NCBI GenBank assembly: GCA_965214605.1
Contig: OZ243961.1
Span: forward strand, 2,432,001-2,496,000
Length of the DNA: 64,000 nt
Source: an uncultured Candidatus Binatia bacterium
GTDB taxonomy: Bacteria > Desulfobacterota > Binatia > Bin18
Direction: 5' to 3'
This document shows, one piece after another, positions 49,413 to 59,349 of the stretch; within the stretch, counting starts at the first letter, position 1; each line of letters opens with the position of its first letter. Below the pieces are notes generated by a model, which ran no database searches, was not told the DNA's origin, and saw only the letters and a list, made by a program, of their open reading frames with translations. Made by a program: the position numbers and the translations under genes.

Positions 49413-51053
49413 ATGGCGAAAAAACAGGTGAACTTGCATGAACAAGCCCGGACTGGGATCTTAGCAGGCGTCAATTTGATTGCCGATGCGGCTCAGGTCA
49501 CTCTTGGCCCAAAAGGGCGCAACGTACTGCTTGAGAAAAGTTTTGGTGCTCCAGTTGTCACCAAGGACGGTGTGACGGTTGTGAGAGAGATCGAACTTGA
49601 CGATAAATTCGAGAATATGGGTGCCAGAATGCTGCGTGAAGTTGCCCAGAAAACCTCGGACTTGGCCGGTGATGGAACGACCACCGCAACGGTTTTATCC
49701 CGAGCTATTTTGCGCGAAGGGCTGCGGCTCCAAGCAGCAGGGTTTGATCCAATGGAACTAAAACGTGGGATTGATGCAGCGGTGGAAAAAGTTGTCGAAG
49801 GCATCACAGAGCAGAGCCGTTCGGTCAAAGGTCAAGACCAAGTCACCCAAGTCGGGACGATTGCCGCTAATGGTGAAGCCGAGGTTGGCCGTATCCTGGC
49901 CGAAGCTATGGACCGGGTCGGCCAAGAAGGGGTCATCACCATTGAAGAGGGCAAAGGGTTGGAGACAGTCTTGGATGTTGTGGAGGGCATGCAGTTTGAT
50001 CGGGGCTTTCTGTCACCCTACTTTGTGACCAATAGCGAACGGATGACGGTTGAGCTTGAGGATCCCTATATTCTGTTCCATGAAAAGAAAGTATCCAACA
50101 TGCGTGAGCTGGTGCCCTTGCTCGAAAAGAGCGCCCAGAGTGGCCACCCGCTCGTCATTGTGGCCGAGGATCTTGAGGGCGAAGCGCTGAGCACCTTGGT
50201 GGTCAACCGTTTGCGTGGGACGCTCAACTGTGCGGCAGTCAAAGCGCCGGGCTTTGGTGACCGGCGCAAAGCTATGCTCGAAGATATGGCTATCCTGACG
50301 GGTGGGAAAGTTATTTCCGAAGAACTCGGCATGAATCTGGAGACGGTTGATCTGTCAGATTTGGGACGCTGTCAACATTTTATCATGGACAAAGATAATT
50401 CGACGATTGTTGATGGCGCAGGAGAAAAAGCCGCCATCAACGCCCGCATGGATCAGATTCGATCCCAAATCGACGACACCACCTCTGACTACGACCGAGA
50501 AAAACTTCAGGAACGCCTAGCAAAACTGTCCGGTGGAGTTGCCGTCATTAAAGTCGGAGCGGCCACCGAGATTGAAATGAAAGAACGTAAAGCACGGGTG
50601 GACGATGCCATGCACGCCACTCGGGCGGCGGCTGAAGAGGGAATTGTGCCAGGCGGCGGCGTCGCTCTGTTACGAGCCCAGAGCAAATTGGCTGAGTTGC
50701 ACTTCAACGACGATCAAGCCCAGGGTGTGGACATTATCCGTCGGGCACTTGAAGAACCGCTGCGCCAGATTGCGGCCAATGCCGGGCTGGACGCGGCAAT
50801 TGTGGTCAACAAAGTCCAGGAGAGCAAGGGCGACATGGGCCTTAACGCCGCTAACGAACAGTACGAAAACTTGTTTCAAGCGGGTGTGGTTGATTCGAGC
50901 AAGGTCGTGCGAGTCGCCCTACAGAATGCGGCCAGCGTGGCTGGCCTAATGATTACGACTGAGGCCTCAATTGCCGATTTGCCCGAAAAACCGATGCCGG
51001 CTAATGGGCACGACCACGAGCACGACTACGGAGACCTTGACGACGATTATTGA
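49413..51053 (+). CDS. groL: Chaperonin GroEL (no adjacent groES; His/Asp-rich tail)
   Basis: [38 protein letters not shown] motifs. Confidence 0.97.
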   Translation: MAKKQVNLHEQARTGILAGVNLIADAAQVTLGPKGRNVLLEKSFGAPVVTKDGVTVVREIELDDKFENMGARMLREVAQKTSDLAGDGTTTATVLSRAILREGLRLQAAGFDPMELKRGIDAAVEKVVEGITEQSRSVKGQDQVTQVGTIAANGEAEVGRILAEAMDRVGQEGVITIEEGKGLETVLDVVEGMQFDRGFLSPYFVTNSERMTVELEDPYILFHEKKVSNMRELVPLLEKSAQSGHPLVIVAEDLEGEALSTLVVNRLRGTLNCAAVKAPGFGDRRKAMLEDMAILTGGKVISEELGMNLETVDLSDLGRCQHFIMDKDNSTIVDGAGEKAAINARMDQIRSQIDDTTSDYDREKLQERLAKLSGGVAVIKVGAATEIEMKERKARVDDAMHATRAAAEEGIVPGGGVALLRAQSKLAELHFNDDQAQGVDIIRRALEEPLRQIAANAGLDAAIVVNKVQESKGDMGLNAANEQYENLFQAGVVDSSKVVRVALQNAASVAGLMITTEASIADLPEKPMPANGHDHEHDYGDLDDDY

Positions 51054-51113
51054 TCTGACAACGACGGCGTGTCATAGTGCAGTATCTACTGTCGGAAGAG
51101 AAAAGGGGGAATC

Positions 51114-51434
51114 ATGCAAACGATTAGACGGCTTCTGCTCGGGCTTCCTGTTCTTGCCCTGTTTGTAATGGTTAATTCAGGATGCTCACTCATACAACCG
51201 GAGGATACCTGGACGGCAGCTGCCAATACCGCCAATCAGGCTGCTAGCCAAGCTGGAACTTCTGCAGGGCGGGCCGAAGCCGCCGCAGGTCAAGCCGAAG
51301 CTGCTGTGGGCCGGAGCGAAGCGGCGGCTGGCCGGAGCGAAGCGGCGGCTTCACGTGCAGAGGAGGCTGCGCAGCGGGCGGAAGATGCCGCCACCCGAGT
51401 GGAAGCGATGTTTGACCGGATGATGCGCAAATAA
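51114..51434 (+). CDS. Alanine-zipper lipoprotein (Lpp/OprI-like)
   Basis: Signal peptide ending NSGC; heptad (R/Q)xEAAAG repeats with an exact 21-bp tandem at 51309-51350; ends in K. Confidence 0.75.
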   Translation: MQTIRRLLLGLPVLALFVMVNSGCSLIQPEDTWTAAANTANQAASQAGTSAGRAEAAAGQAEAAVGRSEAAAGRSEAAASRAEEAAQRAEDAATRVEAMFDRMMRK

Positions 51435-51448
51435 ACAACAAAAAACGA

Positions 51449-51482
51449 GGCAGCTCTACGCTGCCCCATCGCTTCTTTTTTT
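51449..51482 (+). terminator. Probable intrinsic terminator
   Basis: GGCAGC-tctac-GCTGCC hairpin with a nearby T-tract, between convergent genes. Confidence 0.5.
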
Positions 51483-51586
51483 CCTCTTACTTTTATCTTA
51501 ACAAAACCGCCATCTTTAAACGGTCTTTCTTACTCGTCCACTCGGATAATAGTAAGGCACAGGAATAAAAGGCTGTTAAGAAGACA

Positions 51587-52258
51587 TCATGGGTCTGTTC
51601 GCTGGCGAACCTGCACTGTGTCTCCGGTTTGAACTAGAACTGTATGGGCCATGTCGATGAATAGGCCGGTGCCCACAATCCCAGGAACAGCTAACAACCT
51701 CTGTTCCCAGGCCGCCGGGGAGGGAAGCGGTGGGATGCGACAGTCCACGATGTAATTGTCGTTGTCGGTGGTAAAGGGCATGCCGTTTTCTTCGCGCAGC
51801 CGTGGCTGCCACCCGAATTCGTCCAGCAGACGCAAACACAGGGCAGTACCAAAGGGCAGCACTTCGATCGGTAGTCTGCCGCGCGAGCCAAGGACCGGCA
51901 CGAGCTTCTCTTGTCCAACTAGAATGACGAAACGTTTGGCTGAGGCAGCAACAATTTTTTCTCGGACCAGCGCTCCGCCATAGCCCTTGATCAGCTGGAG
52001 CGATGGATCGACTTCGTCCGCTCCATCAACCGCAATATCAATCTGGTCAACCTCATCTGGTTGACATAATGGAATCCCAAGGCTGTAGGCCAAGGCGGCC
52101 GTTGTCTGTGAGGTTGGAATCCCCTGTATCTGGAAGCCTGCCTGGACACGGGCACCTAGGGCACCAACAAAATTTCTCGCCGCGCGACCTGAGCCTAGCC
52201 CGACGATATCCCCGTCATGAATAAAGCTGAGCACGTGTTCGGCAATGCTTGTTGCCAT
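51587..52258 (-). CDS. rpiA: Ribose-5-phosphate isomerase A
   Basis: GLGSG, DGADEVD, IKGYGGALVREKIV motifs. Confidence 0.95.
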   Translation of the reverse strand: MATSIAEHVLSFIHDGDIVGLGSGRAARNFVGALGARVQAGFQIQGIPTSQTTAALAYSLGIPLCQPDEVDQIDIAVDGADEVDPSLQLIKGYGGALVREKIVAASAKRFVILVGQEKLVPVLGSRGRLPIEVLPFGTALCLRLLDEFGWQPRLREENGMPFTTDNDNYIVDCRIPPLPSPAAWEQRLLAVPGIVGTGLFIDMAHTVLVQTGDTVQVRQRTDP

Positions 52259-52269
52259 ATCGCGTCATC

Positions 52270-55155
52270 CTACGCCATCGCACGCTGGGCTATGGCTTGG
52301 AGATGAGCCAAGCCCGCTTGGACATCTGGACCAAGATGAATATGGACGAGCCGTCTGCCGCGTTCAGTCAGTACCTTAGCGTCGCCCTGGGCTTGAGCAT
52401 TCTTTAGCACGCCAAAACTGTAGGCCTGGCCGGGGATTGCGATATCCGGATTATCGTCGGCCGTGAGTTGGAGAAAGACCCCGGTGTCAGGCCCGCCTTT
52501 GTGCAACTGGCCCGTTGAGTGTAAGAAGCGCGGTCCATAGCCGAGTGTAGTGGCAACCCGTTTTTTGTCACGAATGGTCTGGCGGAGCTTCTGCAGTATT
52601 CGGTCGTTGGCCGGACTCATGTCTAGATAAGCGTTAATGGCCAGATAGTCTCCGGCCCGAAGTCGATTTAGATGGACGGCCAAGGCTGCTTCCAGGGTCC
52701 GGCCTGTGGCTACGGATAGGAGGGCGCCGGCATTTCGCGCGTCGGCAAACAGCTTGAGCTTCGCGTCCTCAAGCAAAGCCGACCCGCCGGGCAGAGCGCC
52801 GCGTTCCTGGTAGGTGGCCATCAGGATATGAGTCGTCTGCTTACTGGCCTCGACATCGGGCTGGTTGAAGGGATGAATGGCTAAGATCGAGCTAGCCACC
52901 GCAGTGGCAATTTCCCAGCGAAAGAACTCTTGGCCGAGGTCAATAGTCTCTTCAAGTGTAATCCGGACTAGCGCATGGCCAGCGCTCTCTAAGGCATCTA
53001 CCGCCGCATCCTGTTCGGCAGAGGGGGCCGTGTTTAAGCGGATATAGACAAACAGTCGGTCATGGCCATACACCTCAGGCGGGCCGATCTGTTCTCCATC
53101 AATCGGAATCAAGCCCCGACCGTTTTTACCAGTGGACTCTGCAACGAGTTGTTCCAACCAAGTCCCCAGGCTACCTATTGTCGGTGAGGTGATGAACGTT
53201 ACCTTGTCTCGGCCCTGCTGGCCGAGCGTGCCCAAGATGATCCCTAGGCTGACGCCGGGGTTGGCATCGGGCGGAACGCTGGCGGCGCAGGATTGGACCA
53301 TTCGCGTTGCGCTATTGAGAAAGTCCTCAACATCGAGTCCCATCAGAGCAGCCGGTAGCAAACCAAACGGCGACAGGGCAGAGAAACGTCCACCTATACT
53401 GGGAAGACCATGGACAATGTGACGAAAGCCTTCTTCCTTGGCCAGGTGGTGGAGTGCGGTCTCAGGGTCGGTAATGGCAATGAAACGACTCCCGATCAGT
53501 TCTGGACCTATGGCGCCTTGTATCGTGTCGGCAAAGTAGTGTTTGAGGACCTGCGGCTCGATAGTCCCGCCCGATTTTGAGGACACAATACACACGGTTC
53601 GAGCCAGGTCTACACGTTCGACAGTCGCCTGAACTTGGGCAGGGACGATCGAATCAAGCACGTGCAGCTCAGGAAAGCCATCCTGCTTGCCAAAAGTCGC
53701 CTGTAGGACGTTGGGGCACAGACTTGAGCCACCTATCCCGAGCAGCACAAGGTGGCGGATGTCACTGGTGCACAGGTCATCGGCAATCCGCTGTAGACCT
53801 GCAAGCTGTTCACGCTGCTGCTCAACGATCGACAACCAACCTAACCACCGGTCCTCGTCTGTCCCCGACCATAGTGAGGTATCGCCCTGCCATAAGCGGC
53901 GGACTTTACCCGAGGTTCGCCACTTCTTGAGTTCTGCTTTAACCTCCGCACTCGCTTCTCCGAGCGTGTAGTCTTGCTTGGCCAGCCTCGTTCCCAGCAG
54001 GACTTGGCGTTTATGTTCTATGGTACTCAGTAAGGCATCGAACGGATCTCCAAACTTCTTGACCCCGTCAGCTAACAGCTGATCGGTTGCTTCTTGCAGC
54101 GAAATGCCGAGCTGATGCAAAGTCTTGAGCCTGGCCCGTGCCTGCTCAAGCCCGTCAGACCAGTTTTCGGTCAGACGGGTCTGTGGCTGACCGCCCTGAC
54201 GAAACGCCCTCAGTGTCTCATCCGGCAGAGTGTTGACCGTATCCGGGCCGATCAGCTCATCAACATACATAGTCTTCGGATAGGCTGGATTCTTGGTACT
54301 CGTGCTGGCCCACAGCAGGCGTTGGGGACTGGCCCCTAGGTTAGCCAGGCTTTGCCAGCGCGGACTGGCTATGATCTCTTGGTAGGTGGCATAGGCGGTC
54401 TTGGCATTGGCAATCGCCACGGTGCCGAGCAAGCCCTCGATTTGGGCTTGCTGGTCCGGATCCTTGGTAGCGGCGAGGGCCGTATTCAGCTGCTCATCAA
54501 TCAGGGAATCGAGTCGACTGACAAAAAAGCTGGCCACGCTGCTGACCTTGTCCAGGTCTCCACCGCTGGCATGCAACCGCTCCAAACCGGTCATATAGGC
54601 GGTGGTAACCGCCTCATACACGTCTACAGCAAACAGCAGGGTGACATTGATGTTGGTGCCTTCGCTGATAAGCTGAGTGATGGCCGGAATACCGGCCTGG
54701 GTGGCCGGGACTTTGATCATAACGTTCTCACGGTCGATCACCGATCGTAGCCGCCGGGCCTCTTCGATCGTCCCGCGTGTATCATGAGCTAAATGGGGCG
54801 AGACCTCAAAACTCACATAGCCATCTCGACGGTTTGTGGCGTGGTAAATTGGGGCTAAGACATCGGCGGCCATCTGAATATCTTGGATAGCCAACCGTTC
54901 ATAAATGTCTTTGCTTATTCCAATCCCCTGTTCAACCAAGGCCCGCATGTCCTGGTCGTAATCTGCGCTATTAGACAACGCTTTCTCGAAAATCGCCGGG
55001 TTGGAGGTCACTCCGCGCACACCGTCGTGTTCGACTAAAGCTCGTAGTTCGCCCGATGTAATTAGGCTCCGCCGGATATTATCGTACCAAATGCTCTGGC
55101 CGAGTTGATGGGCCGCCAGCAGCGGATTTTCCATGCTCTTCCTATCTTCAGCCAC
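52270..55155 (-). CDS. Bifunctional transaldolase/phosphoglucose isomerase
   Basis: GVTSNPAIF, VSFEVSP, IKVP, WASTSTKNP (Tal); GIGGSSL, SKSGGT, GGRFS, EQLVAESTGK, HSTGQ (Pgi). Confidence 0.93.
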   Translation of the reverse strand: MAEDRKSMENPLLAAHQLGQSIWYDNIRRSLITSGELRALVEHDGVRGVTSNPAIFEKALSNSADYDQDMRALVEQGIGISKDIYERLAIQDIQMAADVLAPIYHATNRRDGYVSFEVSPHLAHDTRGTIEEARRLRSVIDRENVMIKVPATQAGIPAITQLISEGTNINVTLLFAVDVYEAVTTAYMTGLERLHASGGDLDKVSSVASFFVSRLDSLIDEQLNTALAATKDPDQQAQIEGLLGTVAIANAKTAYATYQEIIASPRWQSLANLGASPQRLLWASTSTKNPAYPKTMYVDELIGPDTVNTLPDETLRAFRQGGQPQTRLTENWSDGLEQARARLKTLHQLGISLQEATDQLLADGVKKFGDPFDALLSTIEHKRQVLLGTRLAKQDYTLGEASAEVKAELKKWRTSGKVRRLWQGDTSLWSGTDEDRWLGWLSIVEQQREQLAGLQRIADDLCTSDIRHLVLLGIGGSSLCPNVLQATFGKQDGFPELHVLDSIVPAQVQATVERVDLARTVCIVSSKSGGTIEPQVLKHYFADTIQGAIGPELIGSRFIAITDPETALHHLAKEEGFRHIVHGLPSIGGRFSALSPFGLLPAALMGLDVEDFLNSATRMVQSCAASVPPDANPGVSLGIILGTLGQQGRDKVTFITSPTIGSLGTWLEQLVAESTGKNGRGLIPIDGEQIGPPEVYGHDRLFVYIRLNTAPSAEQDAAVDALESAGHALVRITLEETIDLGQEFFRWEIATAVASSILAIHPFNQPDVEASKQTTHILMATYQERGALPGGSALLEDAKLKLFADARNAGALLSVATGRTLEAALAVHLNRLRAGDYLAINAYLDMSPANDRILQKLRQTIRDKKRVATTLGYGPRFLHSTGQLHKGGPDTGVFLQLTADDNPDIAIPGQAYSFGVLKNAQAQGDAKVLTERGRRLVHIHLGPDVQAGLAHLQAIAQRAMA

Positions 55156-55178
55156 GTGTCTGGATCTGAACGGTTCGT

Positions 55179-55661
55179 TCAGTTATCCCTTACCGCACCT
55201 GCTCTCACCGCACAATCCTGCTCGGTGGGTGAGACCGACTGTGGACGGTCTCGTTCGGTGTCAACAATGCAGAAAAATCCAAACGGGTCATCTCCCAGGG
55301 CGAGAAATTGGTGCGGTGTCCATGGTGCGACATACACCGTGTCGAACGGCTGCATCTCGTGGCTGGTCGCACCGAGAATCGCTTTGCCTCGACCGCGTAT
55401 GGCAATCACCACATGCGCGTGGTGGTGTTTTTCCAAACTAGAGTACCCGCCTGGGGAGATCTCAAAATAACGCAGCTGAAAATGGGTGATTTCTGAGCCG
55501 TTGCCAACAAGGACCTGACGGATGATGCTCCGCCACTCACGTCCGGCCTCTTGGCCGGATTTATACGCTTCCAACTGAACGCCGTCCCATCCATAGCCCT
55601 CGCCTGATAGGTCACTCGCTCGGCGGGTATGAAAACGGGACAAACGGGTCGGTGATGCCAT
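55179..55661 (-). CDS. Cupin, resembling R. rubrum Rru_A2000 methylsulfurylase-type cupin
   Basis: W.GV.L.AYK, RQVL, LRYFE..PGG.S.LE.H.HAH, HQF, GF.C.V..ERD.PQ motifs. Confidence 0.8.
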   Translation of the reverse strand: MASPTRLSRFHTRRASDLSGEGYGWDGVQLEAYKSGQEAGREWRSIIRQVLVGNGSEITHFQLRYFEISPGGYSSLEKHHHAHVVIAIRGRGKAILGATSHEMQPFDTVYVAPWTPHQFLALGDDPFGFFCIVDTERDRPQSVSPTEQDCAVRAGAVRDN

Positions 55662-55670
55662 ACCGCACCT

Positions 55671-56696
55671 TTATGGAAACTCGATAATCGTTTTCAGCGA
55701 ATCCTGTGCCGCTGCGGCGTTTTGATATGCCTCATGGAGCGCGGCAAAGGGGAATCGGTGGGTGATGAACCGCTCGGACTGAATAACGCCGTCAGCGATA
55801 AGCTGTAAAGCTTTACGGGTATCATTTGGTCCGCACGAATAGCTGGGAATGAGACTAATTTCGTTAAAATACAGCTCGTACGGCGCTATCTCCATCCTGG
55901 CCTCGGGCTGGCTGGTGGTGAAGAGCAACACTGTTCCACCCTTGGCCGCGCAGCGGATACCCAGCTGCATCGCCTCGACCGTGCCTGGACCAACAATAAC
56001 GAGCTCAGCCATCTCGCCTTTGGTATAGCCTCGAACTGCGTCTTCGACCGGACCGTTGGCTGGGTCAAACACCACGTCCGCCCCGAGTTCAAGGGCTTTA
56101 TCCCGACGGTAGGCAACAAAATCGGTTCCCATAATTGTGCCCGCACCACCATGCCGGGCCAGGGCGACATTGAGTTGACCCATAATGCCGAGGCCAATCA
56201 CACATACACTCTCTCCGGCCTGGAGCCGAGCGCGACGCAGAGCTTTTACTGCACAAGCCGTCGGTTCAATCAGGGAGCCATCGGCAAACGATATGTCGGT
56301 AGGAAGACGCAGGCAGTCACCCGATAAGTTTTCTTTAGGAACCAGGAAATACTCAGCCATACCACCGGGAATAATACGCGATGCACGCCAGGTCAGGCAC
56401 TGTACAAAGTCGCCCCGCAGACAGGTGCGACAGCCAAAGCACGGCGTGTGGTGATGGATAAAGACCCGATCGCCAGGCTGAAAATCTGAAACGTCCGGCC
56501 CAACCTCAACAATTTCTCCGGTCGGCTCGTGGCCAAACACGACGGGAGCTTTCTTTTCGATATACCAGGCCATCACGTCACCCGAGCAGATGCCACAGGC
56601 TCGGGTTCTGACCAGGGCTTGGCCTGATCCGATTCTAGGAATAGGCTCTTCCTCAAAGCGGATATCGTGGGCCGTGTACAGCCGGGCGACTTTCAT
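55671..56696 (-). CDS. Zinc-dependent alcohol/polyol dehydrogenase (MDR family)
   Basis: CGSGD-like CSGD, GHE, CxxCxxC..C structural zinc site, GLGIMG; ATGA overlap with hpnH. Confidence 0.9.
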   Translation of the reverse strand: MKVARLYTAHDIRFEEEPIPRIGSGQALVRTRACGICSGDVMAWYIEKKAPVVFGHEPTGEIVEVGPDVSDFQPGDRVFIHHHTPCFGCRTCLRGDFVQCLTWRASRIIPGGMAEYFLVPKENLSGDCLRLPTDISFADGSLIEPTACAVKALRRARLQAGESVCVIGLGIMGQLNVALARHGGAGTIMGTDFVAYRRDKALELGADVVFDPANGPVEDAVRGYTKGEMAELVIVGPGTVEAMQLGIRCAAKGGTVLLFTTSQPEARMEIAPYELYFNEISLIPSYSCGPNDTRKALQLIADGVIQSERFITHRFPFAALHEAYQNAAAAQDSLKTIIEFP

Positions 56697-57691
56697 GCCG
56701 ACAGCATCCACTTGGCCATAGTCAACACGTCTCTAGGGCTTTCGGTCAGCTTGCGGACCACCGAGGCTTCGAAGCCCGAGTGCATAAAGCAGTTCTGACA
56801 CAGATTGTCCTCGCGCTTCTCCCAATAATCCCAATCTACCCCGTTCCAGAACTCATCCCAGGTCTGGAAGTAGTGTTTGCCGATCAGATAGCATGGGTCT
56901 TTCCAGCCAAACGGCGTGCGGGTGACATTGCCCCACGGCGTACACGGATAGTCACGCTTGCCAGCCGCAAACTCCAGGAACAGCGGGGTGAGGGAAATGG
57001 GATAGCGCTTGGACAGGTCCAGGACTGTCTCGAACTTGCGATGGATCTCATCGCGGTACAGAAAGTGATCTTGGGCGACCTTCTCATAGTGATAGCCGGG
57101 TGAAATCATCAGGCCGTCAACGCCTAACCCGGTCAGCAGCTCGCACATCTGTTCGATCTCGTCCATACTGGTCTCGCGGAAGATGGTTGTGTTGGTACAT
57201 ACCGAGTAGCCGAGCTGCTTGCCACGTTTAATCATAGCAATGGCCTGGTCAAAAACGCCCTCCCGAGCACACACAAAGTCGTGCGTTTCTCGTAACCCGT
57301 CGAGATGCACGTTGATGGACAGGCGTTTGTGGGGAGCGCTCTTGGTGTAGAAGCGGTCCAGCAACAGGCCGTTGGTACACAGGTAGACATGCCGTTTGCG
57401 GCTGATGATGCCGGCTACCAGCTCTGGCAACTCAGGATAGATCGTCGGCTCACCGCCACAGATTGAGACGACTGGAGCGCCGGCCTCATCGACCGCTTGC
57501 AGACTTTGTTCTAAGCTCAAACGATCTTTGATATCGCCCATGTGGCGTTCCGGGGTACAACCAACGCAGGCCAGATTGCATGTGTAGAGTGGTTCTAGCA
57601 TAAGGACGACCGGATAGCGCTGTCTGCCTCGCAACTTGTTCTTGAGCTGCCATTTGAGCATATCTGTGGTGATGTGTAGCGGAAACCGCAT
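56693..57691 (-). CDS. hpnH: Adenosyl-hopene transferase HpnH-like radical SAM enzyme
   Basis: RYPVVLMLEPL.CNLACVGC, GGEP, YLCTN, CTPWG, PCYL, C.NC.MHSGFE motifs. Confidence 0.85.
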   Translation of the reverse strand: MRFPLHITTDMLKWQLKNKLRGRQRYPVVLMLEPLYTCNLACVGCTPERHMGDIKDRLSLEQSLQAVDEAGAPVVSICGGEPTIYPELPELVAGIISRKRHVYLCTNGLLLDRFYTKSAPHKRLSINVHLDGLRETHDFVCAREGVFDQAIAMIKRGKQLGYSVCTNTTIFRETSMDEIEQMCELLTGLGVDGLMISPGYHYEKVAQDHFLYRDEIHRKFETVLDLSKRYPISLTPLFLEFAAGKRDYPCTPWGNVTRTPFGWKDPCYLIGKHYFQTWDEFWNGVDWDYWEKREDNLCQNCFMHSGFEASVVRKLTESPRDVLTMAKWMLSA

Positions 57692-57812
57692 CCTCTTCTC
57701 TCCCTGAGCTTGTACTTAATCCATACTATCGGTGCTGGCTCAATCTGGCAAGAGAACCGCCCTCCAGGAGATCATGCTTTACAAGACCGAATAGCTTGGT
57801 CACAATAACTAC

Positions 57813-58100
57813 ATGGCACGCAAACGGCCAAAGGCCGCCGCCCTGCTCCAAGAACTCAAGACGCTGGCTAAGCGGCGGGGGATTCAGATCCGCGAAGAAA
57901 AGCTGCTCGGCGGGGTTGGCTATCGGGTCCGGGGCGGGAGCTGTCGGGTGTACGGCAAAGACACTGTGTTTCTGGACCGGAACAGGCCGCTGGCCGAAAG
58001 AGTAGAGGTGCTGTTCGATGAACTGCGCGGGCAGAACATCAAGACCGACAGCCTTTCCCCGTCCCTGCCCCACATGCTACACGGAGGAGTCGTGCTGTGA
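57813..58100 (+). CDS. Conserved small hypothetical protein upstream of fur
   Basis: REEKL...GGSCRV.G...FLD pattern; 4-nt overlap with fur. Confidence 0.6.
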   Translation: MARKRPKAAALLQELKTLAKRRGIQIREEKLLGGVGYRVRGGSCRVYGKDTVFLDRNRPLAERVEVLFDELRGQNIKTDSLSPSLPHMLHGGVVL

Positions 58101-58561
58101 CAGATCGACTTGAAACCTTTCACCAGTGGATCAAAGAACGGGGCTTGAAGGCAACCGCTCAGCGTGACGATATTGCACAGGTCTTCTTTGCCTCCGACCG
58201 GCATATCAGTGTGGAAGAGCTGTGTAGCGAAGTCCGCCATATCAATCCACGCGTGGGCTACGCCACTGTCTATCGGACCCTCAAACTGCTTAAGGAGTGT
58301 GGTCTGGCCGCGGAGCGTCATTTTGCCGACGGCCAGGCGCGCTTTGAGAAAGTCGAAGAAGAGCGCCACCACGATCATCTGATCTGCGAGCGCTGTGGTC
58401 GTATTATCGAGTTTATGGATCCGGACATTGAGACTCTCCAAGAGGAGATGGCCCATCGCTTCGGTTTTGTGGCCACTAGCCACAAGATGGAGATCTACGG
58501 TATCTGTCAGGAGTGTCGTGAGGGTCGCCTGACCACGAATGAGCGACGACCGCCGGTCTAG
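58097..58561 (+). CDS. fur: Fur family transcriptional regulator
   Basis: ATVYRTL, HHDHLICxxCG, CxxC motifs. Confidence 0.92.
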   Translation: MTDRLETFHQWIKERGLKATAQRDDIAQVFFASDRHISVEELCSEVRHINPRVGYATVYRTLKLLKECGLAAERHFADGQARFEKVEEERHHDHLICERCGRIIEFMDPDIETLQEEMAHRFGFVATSHKMEIYGICQECREGRLTTNERRPPV

Positions 58562-59334
58562 ACCGGGAGCCGGAACAGCTTCTGGGTATTCTTGGTCGTT
58601 GCCTCGGCGATAGTGGTAAGTGAACTATCTTTCACCTGGGCTAGCGTTCGTGCCACCTGGACGACATAGGCCGGTTCATTCCGCTGGCCACGGTGCGGAA
58701 CAGGGGCCAGATAGGGGCTGTCTGTTTCTAGTAGCAGCCGCTCAAGCGGTACCTGACGGGCTACCTCACGCAGGGCCCGGGCGCTTTTAAACGTGACAAT
58801 ACCGCTAAACGAAATATACAGGCCGAGCTCAAGCAGGGGCTGGACTTCTTGGGTGGTACCGGTAAAGCAGTGTATCACTCCGCGCAGCTGCCCGCCGCCC
58901 TCTTCCTGCAGCAGCTGGGCGGCTTCGCTGTAAGCGTCGCGGACGTGTATAGATAGGGGGAGGTCAAGCTCTCGAGCTAAATGAATAAACGCCCGAAAGT
59001 GCTTGCGTTGGTCCTCGCGCGGGGAGTGAGCGTAGTAAAAATCCAGCCCAGTCTCACCAAGTCCGACGACTTTCGGCTGTCGGGCTTGGGCGCGTAATTG
59101 CGTATAAGTCTCCGGCGTAATCGTTTTGGCGCCGTGGGGATGGACGCCGATCACGGCAAAGGTATCGGGCTGTTGACGGGCTAAGGCCAATGCCTTTTCA
59201 TTATGAACGAAGGTTCTGGTTGCACCGATCACAAGAAAACCCGAGACGCCAGCCGCTCGGGCCCGGTCAAGCAGCGCCGGCCGGTCGGGATCAAACTGTT
59301 CGTCTGTCAGATGGCAGTGTGAGTCGATAAGCAT
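58558..59334 (-). CDS. tatD: TatD family DNase
   Basis: DSHCHL, GVHPH, GETGLD, HCF, ETDSPYLAP motifs. Confidence 0.95.
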   Translation of the reverse strand: MLIDSHCHLTDEQFDPDRPALLDRARAAGVSGFLVIGATRTFVHNEKALALARQQPDTFAVIGVHPHGAKTITPETYTQLRAQARQPKVVGLGETGLDFYYAHSPREDQRKHFRAFIHLARELDLPLSIHVRDAYSEAAQLLQEEGGGQLRGVIHCFTGTTQEVQPLLELGLYISFSGIVTFKSARALREVARQVPLERLLLETDSPYLAPVPHRGQRNEPAYVVQVARTLAQVKDSSLTTIAEATTKNTQKLFRLPV

Positions 59335-59349
59335 GGGATGTGGGACAGT

